A stretch of 64,000 nt of DNA, taken from a virus. Positions 28,867 to 38,859 of the stretch are shown here, in pieces. Within the stretch, counting starts at the first letter, position 1, and each line of letters starts with the position of its first letter. Position numbers and translations under genes: made by a program. The notes beneath the pieces were generated by a model. It was not told where the DNA came from and did no database searches. It worked only from the letters and a program-made list of their open reading frames with translations. The stretch spans positions 64,001 to 128,000 of the IMG/VR virus record IMGVR_UViG_3300006916_000041; one strand, 5' to 3'.

Positions 28867-29086
28867 AAAAATTCGTGTATTAGACGAGCCAGTACAAGAA
28901 GTTTCAGAAGAAGTAACTTTGGAAACTATGCATGAACTGGCAAAGACCATGGATTGGAAGCTGTGGGAAATACTGCAAATTATGCAACGATTTGAAAAGA
29001 AAATCAGTGTGCTAGATGGTGCTGGTATACCAGATGAAGAAGTCAGTTCTAAACAATCGACAAAACCCAAAGTTGTTAAAAAATAA
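28859..29086 (+). CDS. hypothetical protein
   Basis: SD AAGGAG; MDWKLWE motif. Confidence 0.65.
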   Translation: MVKKIRVLDEPVQEVSEEVTLETMHELAKTMDWKLWEILQIMQRFEKKISVLDGAGIPDEEVSSKQSTKPKVVKK

Positions 29087-29550
29087 TGTTAGATCGAGTC
29101 GAACCAGAACGCTATTATGAATGGATGCTCTGGAAGATGAGACAGGAAGATGCAAAAATGCAAAAATTAAAAAAAACTAGTAGCATGATTTGGGTTACAT
29201 TTCGCAAAGAAGGTTTACACAAATATCCTGCGGCACTAGATGATCCGAAGCTAGCTACAGGCGGGGCAGATGATGTTAGCTTTTTAGGCTATATTCATAG
29301 ACACATGTTTCACTTTAAAGTTGCAATTGAGGTGTTTCATGATGATCGTGATATTGAATTTATACAATTTAAACGTTGGTTAGAGAATCTATATGCAGAG
29401 GGTACACTGCAATTAGATTTTAAAAGCTGTGAGATGATCTGCGATGATCTTGCAGAAAGTATTAACAACAAGTACCCGGGAAGAAAACTTAACATCACTG
29501 TCAGTGAAGATGGTGAAAACGGCGCAACCATTGAATACGAGGTATCATAA
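29086..29550 (+). CDS. queD: QueD/PTPS-like T-fold enzyme
   Basis: EGLH, HRH, SCE, VSEDGENGA T-fold Zn motifs; context with folE and queE. Confidence 0.72.
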   Translation: MLDRVEPERYYEWMLWKMRQEDAKMQKLKKTSSMIWVTFRKEGLHKYPAALDDPKLATGGADDVSFLGYIHRHMFHFKVAIEVFHDDRDIEFIQFKRWLENLYAEGTLQLDFKSCEMICDDLAESINNKYPGRKLNITVSEDGENGATIEYEVS

Positions 29551-29552
29551 TT

Positions 29553-29858
29553 ATGCGACAACACCGTATTAGTATTAACGATATTAAATACGATCTCATC
29601 AAGATCATCGAACCCCACGATGGTCGTTTGGAAACCAAAGAATCAGGTGGGGCAAAAGTTGAAAAACTTTTTGATTCTTATCTCAGAGATTTGCGCAGAG
29701 CTGGAATGATTCAACACTATGATATTGAAGTTACCCAGCGTCCTACAGCATTTACCTATGACGTAAGTGTTAAAGTAAATGCTGACAGAAGTCCTAAAAA
29801 ACTTAAAATACACGTTGGTGTATTTACACAACCTTGGACACAAAAGTCAGCAGCATGA
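29553..29858 (+). CDS. hypothetical protein
   Basis: 101-aa ORF. Confidence 0.6.
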   Translation: MRQHRISINDIKYDLIKIIEPHDGRLETKESGGAKVEKLFDSYLRDLRRAGMIQHYDIEVTQRPTAFTYDVSVKVNADRSPKKLKIHVGVFTQPWTQKSAA

Positions 29859-30955
29859 CAGTCTATATTATAGATATCGAGGCTGTTGACACACGCTACA
29901 CTGCACAGTGGAAGGAACATCTTCCCGAGCAGTTGCGCAACCGCACTGATGATGTAGTTGTTATCAGCGGCGGGGAAACGCCTCAGGCTACTACGCCTGG
30001 GGCATTTCTTAATTTTGGAGGCACTAATGTATACAAATCTAATCAACTTGAGCAATTGGGTAGACTGTTCTGTGAAGGGAAAATTAACGATGGCGATTAT
30101 TTCCTTTACACTGATGCTTGGAATCCTACTGTTATTCAGTTACGATACATGGCTAGCCTTCTTGGCACAGATATTACTATCGGTGGCATGTGGCATGCCG
30201 GTAGCTATGATCCTCAAGACTTTCTTGGACGACTAATCGGCGATGCAGCATGGGTAAGACATGCTGAGAAAAGCATGTTCTGGTGCTATGATCACAACTA
30301 CTTTGCAACAGAGTTTCATTTAAACTTGTTTGCTGAGAACTTGCTAAACTACAAAGGTATGTTTGGTATGACAGCGGCAGAGACACTCAAAGACAGCAAT
30401 GATAATATTGTTATCACAGGATGGCCCATGGAGTATATGCAGGACATATTGCTTCCATATAAAAACATGGAAAAGCGTAACACAGTAGTATTTCCGCACA
30501 GACTAGCACCTGAGAAACAACTGGATATTTTTAAAGATTTGGCAACACAGTTACCAGAATACGAATTCATAGTTTGTCAGGAACAACAATTGACAAAAAA
30601 TGAATACCATAATATACTTGGTGAAGCTAAGGTAGTGTTTAGTGCTAACTTGCAAGAAACACTGGGTATTAGCGCATATGAAGGTGCGTTAGTAGGAGCC
30701 ATTCCTATGATGCCTAATAGACTCAGCTATACAGAAATGTATGATGACGAATTCAAGTATCCAAGTGAATGGACAGAAAGTTGGGATAGTTATCAAAAGA
30801 ACAAAACCAAGATTGTCCAAAAGTTAAAAAATTACATGGAAAATCACAATAATTATCACAACATGTTAAATACAGAGTCAGCACGTTTGACACAGAATTT
30901 TTTCAGTGGCAATCGTATGTATGACACAATAACACAAAGTGACACACCACTATAA
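29855..30955 (+). CDS. GT-B glycosyltransferase
   Basis: WHAGSYD, VFPHRLAPEK, QETLGISAYEG, P..LSYTE (GT4-like E-x7-E). Confidence 0.82.
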   Translation: MTVYIIDIEAVDTRYTAQWKEHLPEQLRNRTDDVVVISGGETPQATTPGAFLNFGGTNVYKSNQLEQLGRLFCEGKINDGDYFLYTDAWNPTVIQLRYMASLLGTDITIGGMWHAGSYDPQDFLGRLIGDAAWVRHAEKSMFWCYDHNYFATEFHLNLFAENLLNYKGMFGMTAAETLKDSNDNIVITGWPMEYMQDILLPYKNMEKRNTVVFPHRLAPEKQLDIFKDLATQLPEYEFIVCQEQQLTKNEYHNILGEAKVVFSANLQETLGISAYEGALVGAIPMMPNRLSYTEMYDDEFKYPSEWTESWDSYQKNKTKIVQKLKNYMENHNNYHNMLNTESARLTQNFFSGNRMYDTITQSDTPL

Positions 30956-30968
30956 CTCGGAGCAATTA

Positions 30969-31652
30969 ATGGAAAAATCAAAAGAACTAAAGGCACGCCT
31001 TGACGATGCAGGCATTCGTTATTGGGCGGGCGATAATATCTCCTCAGTAATGCAACCAGGAGACAAAGAAGAACTTATCGAAGAACTTACAGATAAGTTT
31101 GAAGCAGTACTAGACAGTTTAGTAATCGACAGACACACTGACCCAAACAGTATGGATACTGGTCGTAGACTTGCTAAAATGTATGTTAAAGAACTGATGG
31201 CAGGACGTTATGATCCAATGCCCAATGCAACAGCATTTCCCAATCACACAAATGACAGGTACACAGGTATGCTAGTGGTTCGCAGTGAACTTGTTAGTAT
31301 GTGCAGTCATCACCATCAACCAGTAAAAGGAGTTGCGTATATAGGACTTATCGCAGCAGACACACTTATTGGGTTGAGCAAGTATACTCGTATTGCACAG
31401 TGGTGTGCAAGACGTGGTACATTGCAAGAAGAACTTGCAATGGACATTGCCCGCGAAATTATGAAAGCAACGGGCAGTGAAGATGTTGGCGTATATATCC
31501 AAGCAACACATGGTTGTTGTGAAAATAGAGGTATTATGGCAACTAGTAGTTTAACACAAACCACTGTACTCAAAGGCGCTTTTAACAGCGACATGGGTAC
31601 TAAAAAAGAATTTATGGACAATATTAAACTACAACAAGAATATACACGATAA
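30969..31652 (+). CDS. folE: GTP cyclohydrolase I
   Basis: SMCSHH, GLSK, LQEE, HGC.ENRG. Confidence 0.95.
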   Translation: MEKSKELKARLDDAGIRYWAGDNISSVMQPGDKEELIEELTDKFEAVLDSLVIDRHTDPNSMDTGRRLAKMYVKELMAGRYDPMPNATAFPNHTNDRYTGMLVVRSELVSMCSHHHQPVKGVAYIGLIAADTLIGLSKYTRIAQWCARRGTLQEELAMDIAREIMKATGSEDVGVYIQATHGCCENRGIMATSSLTQTTVLKGAFNSDMGTKKEFMDNIKLQQEYTR

Positions 31653-31702
31653 CGTGTAGGCAGAGTCGATCCTGCCTTAACACCCTCGAAAAGGAAAAGA
31701 CA

Positions 31703-32794
31703 TTGAAACTATTTAAATTACTTACTGCCGCTTTAGTAGCGGCTGGTCTCTTTGTTTCTCCTGCAGCGTCGAAAGATAAAGTGAAAGTAGGTTTTATCTA
31801 CGTGGGACCAATTGGTGACCACGGCTGGACTTACCGACATGATATTGGACGTCAACAAGTAGAAGAAGCATACGGAGATCGTGTTGAAACAACTTATATC
31901 GAATCAGTACCAGAAGGTGCAGATGCTGAACGTGTACTAACACAAATGGCTCTGCAAGGACATGACATTATTTTTGCTACTTCATTTGGATATATGGATG
32001 CAGTGGAAACTGTTGCTAAGAAGTTTCCAAACACAAAATTTGAACATGCAACAGGCTACAAAACAAACGGCGTGAACAGTTCAAACTATGGACTAAGACT
32101 ATACCAAGCAAGACACGTACAAGGTGTTATTGCAGGTATGATGACCAAAACAAACAAAATTTGTTATGTAGCAGCGTATCCAATTCCAGAAGTTATCCGT
32201 GAGATCAACACATACTATCTTGGTGCCAAATCAGTTAACCCTGACGTTGATATCGACATAGTATGGGTATTCACTTGGTATGATCCAGCAAAAGAACAAG
32301 ATGCGGCTGTTGCTCTAATGGGCCAGGGCTGTGATGTGATTGCACAACACACAGACTCGCCTGCTCCACTACAGGCAGCAGAAGTCCAAGGCAAGATTGG
32401 CTTTGGCCAGGCATCAGACCAAATCAAGTTTGCGCCTAAAGCACAACTTACAGCAACAATTGACAACTGGGGTCCGTACTATGTTGAAAAAGTAGGACAG
32501 GTACTAGACGGTACTTGGACACCAATGTGTGATGGTCCAGACGGATGCTACTTTGGACACATGAATGATGGTTCAGTTGAAATGGCACCATTTACAAATA
32601 TGCCAGCCGACGTGGCAGCAAAAGCACAGGAAATCAAAGATGCTATTACAGCAGGAGAATACTTTGCTTTCACTGGTCCATTAAATGACAATCAAGGCAA
32701 TCAAGTGTTGGCAGCAGGCGAAGTTGCTGATCGTGCGCATCTAGACACTATGATGTACTATGTCGAAGGTATTGATGCAACGGTGCCTAACTAA
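31703..32794 (+). CDS. BMP-family ABC substrate-binding protein (purine/nucleoside type), exported
   Basis: signal peptide; KVGFIYVGPIGDHGW, ATSFGY, WYDP, QHTDS, NWG.YY. Confidence 0.9.
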   Translation: MKLFKLLTAALVAAGLFVSPAASKDKVKVGFIYVGPIGDHGWTYRHDIGRQQVEEAYGDRVETTYIESVPEGADAERVLTQMALQGHDIIFATSFGYMDAVETVAKKFPNTKFEHATGYKTNGVNSSNYGLRLYQARHVQGVIAGMMTKTNKICYVAAYPIPEVIREINTYYLGAKSVNPDVDIDIVWVFTWYDPAKEQDAAVALMGQGCDVIAQHTDSPAPLQAAEVQGKIGFGQASDQIKFAPKAQLTATIDNWGPYYVEKVGQVLDGTWTPMCDGPDGCYFGHMNDGSVEMAPFTNMPADVAAKAQEIKDAITAGEYFAFTGPLNDNQGNQVLAAGEVADRAHLDTMMYYVEGIDATVPN

Positions 32795-33657
32795 TGATTC
32801 CAGTAATTGATTTAAAAGCATCGGACGCTTTAGATCGCATTGACGAAGCTTACACCACTGTAGGCTTCGCAGTGTTTACAAATGCGTTGGATGCAGAAGA
32901 CAGTACAGATATGAAAAACTGGCAACAACAAATGAAAACATTTTTTGACTTGCCATTGGAAACAAAAAAGCAGTATCCTTATGAAGGTGATACCAACTTG
33001 GGTTACAGCATTATGGGTGCAGAGAATGTAGATCCTACAGCACCAAAAGATATTAAAGAATCATTTAACTATAATAATATGCGTATGCCTGAACACTTGT
33101 GGCCAACCGAACTAGAAGGCTTTAAGCAAAGTGCATTAGAAAGTATTGATATTGCAGATAGACTTACACTGCGTATCTTGGGCAAGTTTGATGAAATACT
33201 GGACACAGGTACTACACTTGTAGATGCACACAGTGAACCATTCAATACTACACGGGTTATACATTATCCTGCGTATGATGGACCTGTTGAAGATAAACAG
33301 ATGCGCATAGGAGAACACAGTGACTACGGTACTATTACTTTACTATGGCAGATTAATGACGTACCTGGACTTGAAGTGCAAGACTTATCTGGGAATTGGC
33401 ATCCCGTCCCATATGCGGATGACGGTGTTGTTGTTAATATTGGTGATCTACTTCAGCGTTGGACTAATGATTATTTCAAAAGCACTAAGCATAGAGTTGT
33501 AAACAGTCATATACATCAACAGCGTTATAGTATGCCACACTTTGTTGATCCTACACCTGGAACTATTGTAAGCAATTTACGCAAAGGTGAAGCAGCAAAG
33601 TACGATCCAATTGAATCAAAAGAATATTTGATGTGGCGACTAGCACAGAGTTACTAA
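32794..33657 (+). CDS. IPNS-family 2OG-Fe(II) dioxygenase
   Basis: IPVIDL, HSDYG, VNIGDLL..WTN, HRV, RYS. Confidence 0.9.
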   Translation: MIPVIDLKASDALDRIDEAYTTVGFAVFTNALDAEDSTDMKNWQQQMKTFFDLPLETKKQYPYEGDTNLGYSIMGAENVDPTAPKDIKESFNYNNMRMPEHLWPTELEGFKQSALESIDIADRLTLRILGKFDEILDTGTTLVDAHSEPFNTTRVIHYPAYDGPVEDKQMRIGEHSDYGTITLLWQINDVPGLEVQDLSGNWHPVPYADDGVVVNIGDLLQRWTNDYFKSTKHRVVNSHIHQQRYSMPHFVDPTPGTIVSNLRKGEAAKYDPIESKEYLMWRLAQSY

Positions 33658-34155
33658 ATGACAGATGAAATACAAATATATGACGATTATCTAGCAAGCC
33701 AAGAACTTGATAATCTACAAAACTTGTTTTTTAACAATACAGATTTTCCTTATTTCTTTAATAATCATAAAGTTGACCAGGGAGATGGGTTTTCACAATT
33801 TACTCATCAATTCTATATAAACAATACCATTAATAGTAATTTTTACAATTATTTAAGTTGTATACTAGATAAGATAGATCCGTTGGCTATTATAGGAATT
33901 AAAGCAAACTTGCAAATGAAAACCAAAGAAATCAAAACAACACCCATGCATCAAGATTATGCTAACACGCTAGACAATCAAAAAACTGGAATATTTTATG
34001 TAAACACAAACAATGGTAAAACTATATTCGAGGACGGACAAGAAATTTCTAGTGTTGCTAATAGATTGATTGTTTTTCCAGCAAAAAGATATCATGCAGG
34101 AACCACTCACACAGATGCAGATTATAGATGTGTTATTAACTTGAATTGGTTTTAA
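33658..34155 (+). CDS. phage 2OG-Fe(II) oxygenase
   Basis: HQD...NRLIVF...HAG...RCVINLN. Confidence 0.75.
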   Translation: MTDEIQIYDDYLASQELDNLQNLFFNNTDFPYFFNNHKVDQGDGFSQFTHQFYINNTINSNFYNYLSCILDKIDPLAIIGIKANLQMKTKEIKTTPMHQDYANTLDNQKTGIFYVNTNNGKTIFEDGQEISSVANRLIVFPAKRYHAGTTHTDADYRCVINLNWF

Positions 34156-34413
34156 ATGAGGGTATTAACCATGCACAGTACAAGCGGTAGTATCATCCAA
34201 GCAAACGATGACCAAATTGATATGAAAACTGACTTGATTGTCAAAGGCAGAAACATACTAAATGAACTTGACAATCTACACCGACATATGCTATTATTAC
34301 CAAGAGATCAGAAATTACAAGACAAGTATCCTGAACTCAAACAAGCGTATGACGCATACAATGAGTTGTACAGAGAAATCCTTATAGCAGATAAGATGAT
34401 GAACAATGATTAA
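34156..34413 (+). CDS. hypothetical protein
   Basis: KYPELKQAYD motif; coupled. Confidence 0.6.
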   Translation: MRVLTMHSTSGSIIQANDDQIDMKTDLIVKGRNILNELDNLHRHMLLLPRDQKLQDKYPELKQAYDAYNELYREILIADKMMNND

Positions 34414-34417
34414 AAAA
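34385..34417 (+). repeat. 33-bp direct repeat, copy 1 (copy 2 at 34965-34997)
   Basis: TAGCAGAT[A/G]AGATGATGAACAATGATTAAAAAA, 1 mismatch. Confidence 0.9.
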
Positions 34418-34993
34418 TACTGTATGCAAGATTATTATTATGTTTCTACAGTAAAGGAACATCTTGATTATAAGATAAAGTTAATTGATGCTATAGAATC
34501 TATGCCTAGTCACGAATCCTTTAAACCGTATGAGAATTTAACAAATCAAGATTATAGATTACCAGAAGATTTTCCTAGACCATATTTAGATTTATTTTAC
34601 GAAATGGTTGTTCCATATGTAAAAGATTTAGGAAATTTATTAGGATTTTATGCCTGGCAAATACATAATGCATGGTTTCAACAATACTACAATAACGATT
34701 CTCACGATTGGCACAATCACGCTTGTGTAAATTTTACTAATATATATTACTTAGAACTTCCTAGTCAAGAGTTAGTAACAGAACTATATGATCCTCATAG
34801 CAAGAAAATTGTTAATCTTGAAGGAATAGAAGAAGGACAGTTTGTTACATTTCCGGGTCATTGGATACACCGATCACCAAAAAATCTAACAAATGAAAGA
34901 AAAACAATTGTAGCATTTAACACTAGTTACGGAGAAGTAGATTTTGAATCTATTAATAAAGCATTAGCAGATGAGATGATGAACAATGATTAA
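34406..34993 (+). CDS. phage 2OG-Fe(II) oxygenase (repeat-flanked)
   Basis: WFQQY...HDWHNH...YYL...EG....FP....HRS...RKTIVAFN. Confidence 0.75.
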   Translation: MIKKYCMQDYYYVSTVKEHLDYKIKLIDAIESMPSHESFKPYENLTNQDYRLPEDFPRPYLDLFYEMVVPYVKDLGNLLGFYAWQIHNAWFQQYYNNDSHDWHNHACVNFTNIYYLELPSQELVTELYDPHSKKIVNLEGIEEGQFVTFPGHWIHRSPKNLTNERKTIVAFNTSYGEVDFESINKALADEMMNND

Positions 34994-34997
34994 AAAA
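34965..34997 (+). repeat. 33-bp direct repeat, copy 2
   Basis: matches 34385-34417. Confidence 0.9.
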
Positions 34998-35570
34998 CAT
35001 AGATACAGTTGGCAAGACGTAGAAAAAATGTGTGTACAGATTGTAAATCAAATGTATGCAGACAGATGGAAGCCTGATTACATTGTAGGCATTACACGAG
35101 GTGGTAATATTCCTGCAACTATTATTAGTAACATGACTGGTATTCGTTGCGAAGCTCTCAAAGTAAGCCTGCGTGATGATGACCGTGAAAGCGAAAGTAA
35201 CTGCTGGATGGCAGAAGATGCATTTGGTTATGTACAAGAATATGACAGAGCAGGTATATTTGAAAAATCAACTAGTGATCCTGCAAAGAAAAAGAACATA
35301 CTTATTGTAGATGACATCAACGACACTGGTGCTACATTCAATTGGATTATGCAGGATTGGCAAAGTGGTTGCTTGCCTGATCATCCAAATTGGGACACTG
35401 TTTGGAATCAAAATGTTCGTTTTGCAACACTAACAGACAACCTAGCCAGTGAATTCACAGAGCATTGTGCGTATACATGTCATGAAATTAATAAAGCTGA
35501 AGAAGATGTTTGGCTGGTTTATCCTTGGGAAGATGTAGGAGAATACAATGTGGACACTTTGGATTATTAG
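34986..35570 (+). CDS. purine (xanthine/guanine-type) phosphoribosyltransferase
   Basis: VGITRGG, ILIVDDINDTGAT, WLVYPWE. Confidence 0.85.
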   Translation: MIKKHRYSWQDVEKMCVQIVNQMYADRWKPDYIVGITRGGNIPATIISNMTGIRCEALKVSLRDDDRESESNCWMAEDAFGYVQEYDRAGIFEKSTSDPAKKKNILIVDDINDTGATFNWIMQDWQSGCLPDHPNWDTVWNQNVRFATLTDNLASEFTEHCAYTCHEINKAEEDVWLVYPWEDVGEYNVDTLDY

Positions 35571-35712
35571 TACAGTTGTTGGGTTAGAAGAACCTAAATA
35601 CACTCGTTACGAAGAATATGCTAGTAAGTTAGAATGTCAAGTTGCTTGGCATAAAATTACTACAGATTTTACACAAGGTGAAGCAGCATTTTGTGAGGGA
35701 GAAGATAAATGA
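35548..35712 (+). CDS. small exported two-Cys protein (54 aa, not in ORF track)
   Basis: MWTLWIISTVVG...YASKLEC...AFC; SD AGGAG. Confidence 0.6.
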   Translation: MWTLWIISTVVGLEEPKYTRYEEYASKLECQVAWHKITTDFTQGEAAFCEGEDK

Positions 35713-35954
35713 GTTTCGAATGGAATCGTATTCACAAATGGGAAGAAAATCTTGAACGTGATGCAACAGATGGCGTTTATGAATATGTATGTGAATACTA
35801 CGGAATCGACGATGTAGAAGAACTTACTGAAGAACAGCTAGCAGAAGTTGAAGCATTTAGAGATGAACTAAACGAATACAGTCTTATGCAAATTGGATTT
35901 AGCAACTTAATTAATCATGTAGAATCAATCCATTGGGAGAAAGAAAATGGGTAA
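35709..35954 (+). CDS. acidic hypothetical protein
   Basis: coupled ORF. Confidence 0.6.
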   Translation: MSFEWNRIHKWEENLERDATDGVYEYVCEYYGIDDVEELTEEQLAEVEAFRDELNEYSLMQIGFSNLINHVESIHWEKENG

Positions 35955-36717
35955 GAAAATTTATATTCGTGGTAATAACTACGGTGGTGAAATGACCATT
36001 GGTGAAGTTACAAAGGAGTTTGTAGAATATTGGCAACCTATTTGTAAAGAAGAAGGCGACAGTCGTCTTATTGATCATTTAATGGCACTAGAAGCTTGGG
36101 ATAGTGATCCCGAAGACGAAGAAGGATTTGATTCGGACAGTCCGCCAATATACACAGACGACACAGTTTGGAATAACTGGTACGAAAATGACGAAATTCA
36201 TCATGACAACAGTGCAAACGGAACAGAACTTTGGGCATTCCCAATGACTGAAGGTGAACATGGTGAGCCAGTTTACGACTGGGACGAACGTATTGAATTT
36301 GAACCACATCAACTGTACAGTCGCGAATGTTACACACAAGAAGAATATCAAAATGAAGAGCCAGATGAGGACAACAGTGTTCCTGTACTAGTATTTTATT
36401 CAAGTGAAAAAGGCGAGTTTGGGGGCTGGACTGTCGAGCTAGAGGACGACGAAGAGTTTGATCCTAACAAAGTAGCTGTAAGTATTGTTGAAACTGATCA
36501 TGGCGAAATGATCGAACGTCTGTTTTATGACAAAAAAGAATATGATTGCGAATATGACTGGTGTGATAGTCGCGGCAAAGGTTACTATGCACACGTAGCG
36601 TGGTTCAACAAACGTTGGGAAGATCCGCATATTAACGAAGAAACAGACAAAGATATGTGGGATGAAGTTTGGGAATACTACGATGACGAGCTAGCTGAAA
36701 AGGCTGCCGTTGAATGA
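35947..36717 (+). CDS. highly acidic hypothetical protein
   Basis: 256 aa, Asp/Glu/Trp-rich. Confidence 0.7.
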   Translation: MGKKIYIRGNNYGGEMTIGEVTKEFVEYWQPICKEEGDSRLIDHLMALEAWDSDPEDEEGFDSDSPPIYTDDTVWNNWYENDEIHHDNSANGTELWAFPMTEGEHGEPVYDWDERIEFEPHQLYSRECYTQEEYQNEEPDEDNSVPVLVFYSSEKGEFGGWTVELEDDEEFDPNKVAVSIVETDHGEMIERLFYDKKEYDCEYDWCDSRGKGYYAHVAWFNKRWEDPHINEETDKDMWDEVWEYYDDELAEKAAVE

Positions 36718-37265
36718 GAGGAAGACTAGAAGTTTATGCAGGTCCGATGTATGCCGGCAAAACCAGCAAACTGTTACAGCGTGTATTGTGGATTGACCAT
36801 CAACAAAAGAAAGTATTGTGCATAAAGCCTTCTAAAGACGATCGCTACAGTCAAGATACTATTGTAACACACAATCAGCTGAGTTATCCTTGTATAAGTA
36901 TCAGTGAGTTTGATGAAATAGAAGAACACTACAACATCATGCCCTATAACTTTAATACAGTAGTATTAGACGAAGTGCAATTCATGAACGCTAAAGAAAC
37001 CGTCGAAGGTGTTGAACTGTGGTTGCACAGTGGCGTAAATGTAATTGCCGCAGGACTAGATCAAGACTCAAGAGGTGTACCTTTTGAAACAACCAGTCAA
37101 CTACTAGGACTTGCTGACTGTGTTGAAAAGATAACAGCCATATGCACAACTTGCGGCAAAGAAGCCACAAAAACTTATAGAGTAAAAGCACAAGGTGAAC
37201 GTATTCAAGTAGGTAGCATGGGCATGTACGAACCAAGATGTCTTGAACATTGGGAGCCAAAATAA
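36714..37265 (+). CDS. tdk: thymidine kinase
   Basis: GPMYAGKT, DDRY, LDEVQF, AGLD, CxxC, YEPRC. Confidence 0.93.
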   Translation: MRGRLEVYAGPMYAGKTSKLLQRVLWIDHQQKKVLCIKPSKDDRYSQDTIVTHNQLSYPCISISEFDEIEEHYNIMPYNFNTVVLDEVQFMNAKETVEGVELWLHSGVNVIAAGLDQDSRGVPFETTSQLLGLADCVEKITAICTTCGKEATKTYRVKAQGERIQVGSMGMYEPRCLEHWEPK

Positions 37266-37801
37266 TGATCAGATGGGAAGATTATATAAGAACAATACCA
37301 AATTATCCACAAGAAGGTATTAATTTTTACGACCTTAACAGTTTGTTTGCTGGGCCTATGTTTAGCAAAGCAGTACAAGAAATGACTAAGAAAGTAACTG
37401 AATATACAGACAATCCTACACACATTGTAGGTGTTGAAAGTAGAGGATTTGTACTAGGTGCAGCTATAGCACACGAATTAAACTTACCTTTTGTGATGGT
37501 ACGTAAAAAAGGTGCTAAGTATCCCGGTGAATTATTAGAGCAAAGCTATGATTTAGAATATGGTAGTGCAACACTTACACTGCAAACAGGACTGTTAGGT
37601 CACACAGACCGTTGTGTTATTGTAGATGATTTGGTTGCTACCGGTGGTAGTATGATGGCCACAAGAGACTTAGTAAAACAAACAGGTGCGAAAGTTCTAC
37701 GAGGTGTTACTGTGATTGATTTGGTATATGTAAGAAGAGATATCGATGCAAGTTTAGATTTTCCTGTTAGCGCACTAGAAACGGTATGGAACAATGAGTG
37801 A
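37265..37801 (+). CDS. apt: adenine phosphoribosyltransferase
   Basis: ESRGF, RKKG, YDLEYG, VDDLVATGGS. Confidence 0.92.
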   Translation: MIRWEDYIRTIPNYPQEGINFYDLNSLFAGPMFSKAVQEMTKKVTEYTDNPTHIVGVESRGFVLGAAIAHELNLPFVMVRKKGAKYPGELLEQSYDLEYGSATLTLQTGLLGHTDRCVIVDDLVATGGSMMATRDLVKQTGAKVLRGVTVIDLVYVRRDIDASLDFPVSALETVWNNE

Positions 37802-37919
37802 ATGGTATGATGTAATAATTGCAAATATTTTGTTTTGGCCTATCTATATTTGGATGTGCAGTTTACCTGCTAAAATGTTTGAGTATAGTATAAACAATTT
37901 TGATAAGGTAAAACGATGA
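37794..37919 (+). CDS. small hydrophobic protein (41 aa, not in ORF track)
   Basis: MSEWYDVIIANILFWPIYIWMCSLP...; fills gap, overlaps both neighbours. Confidence 0.5.
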   Translation: MSEWYDVIIANILFWPIYIWMCSLPAKMFEYSINNFDKVKR

Positions 37920-38101
37920 AGTATACAAAACAAGGTGAAAATAGTTGGCTTGTAGAAGTGCAAGAAAACAGTAAAACCAAAGAGCTGTACATCGAATTTC
38001 CCCCTGATGCACTTAATCAAGTTGGTTGGGATGAAGGAGATACACTAATCTGGGAAGAATTGCCAAGTGGTGCATGGAGTGTAACAAAAAAATGCACATA
38101 G
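37916..38101 (+). CDS. AbrB/MazE-like small protein
   Basis: LYIEFP....QVGWDEGDTLIW. Confidence 0.6.
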   Translation: MKYTKQGENSWLVEVQENSKTKELYIEFPPDALNQVGWDEGDTLIWEELPSGAWSVTKKCT

Positions 38102-38859
38102 GTGTAGTCGGATGTGGCTTTGTAGGAGGCACAGTTGCTGAATACTTAGAAAGTCAATACATAAACGTTTGTAGAGTAGATCCAAAACTTTATCCTAACA
38201 CAACGTTAGATGATATCAAAGAAACTTGTGAAGGGTTTATACTTTGTTTACCTACACCCCAAGGCGAAAACGGTGTATGTGATGATAGTGCTATTGTACA
38301 AGTATTAGAACAATTAAACACAACTAAGCCTGTACTACTCAAAAGCACAGTAACTCCTGATTTACTTGCAAAATATCCTAACAATGTCACGTACAATCCA
38401 GAATTTTTGAGAGCAGCTCATGCTAAAGAAGATTTTGACAATCAAGAAATTTTTATATTAGGTAGCGACAACGAACAACACATACAGTTTTGGGAGGACT
38501 TGTTCAAAAGTCTAAATACACGAGTAGTGCAAACAAACCGTACTACAGCAAGTATGATAAAGTATGTTCACAATGCATGGTTAGCTACTAAGGTAGCATT
38601 TTTTCATGAAGTGTTTGCAAATGCACCCAAGGATATGAACTACAGTATGTTAACAAGTACACTAGCACAAATGCGTAACATCGGCCCAAGTCACATGATG
38701 GTACCCAACAGTAAACAAACACTTGGTTTTGATGGCTATTGTTTTCCCAAGGACACAAAAGCCTTGACAGAATTTATGGATCATACTATACTAGAACAAG
38801 TCATAACCACAAACAAGCGTCTAAATAAAAGGAATGTTAATGAAAGAACCAAGAGTTGA
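38092..38859 (+). CDS. UDP-glucose 6-dehydrogenase-like (lacks C-terminal domain)
   Basis: GCGFVG, CLPTP, KSTV, NPEFLR, KYVHN, GYCFPKD. Confidence 0.85.
   Translation: MHIGVVGCGFVGGTVAEYLESQYINVCRVDPKLYPNTTLDDIKETCEGFILCLPTPQGENGVCDDSAIVQVLEQLNTTKPVLLKSTVTPDLLAKYPNNVTYNPEFLRAAHAKEDFDNQEIFILGSDNEQHIQFWEDLFKSLNTRVVQTNRTTASMIKYVHNAWLATKVAFFHEVFANAPKDMNYSMLTSTLAQMRNIGPSHMMVPNSKQTLGFDGYCFPKDTKALTEFMDHTILEQVITTNKRLNKRNVNERTKS

Noticed and set aside
31654-31700. Hairpin AGGCAG/CTGCCT before the BMP gene as a preQ1, purine or SAM riboswitch
   Set aside because: It does not match the consensus features I know; it is probably a simple stability or processing hairpin. An Rfam scan would settle it.
31703-33657. 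Host contamination or prophage boundary at the BMP/oxygenase genes
   Set aside because: The genes are tightly packed with phage-type neighbours, have similar composition, and lack the permease/ATPase genes of a host operon.
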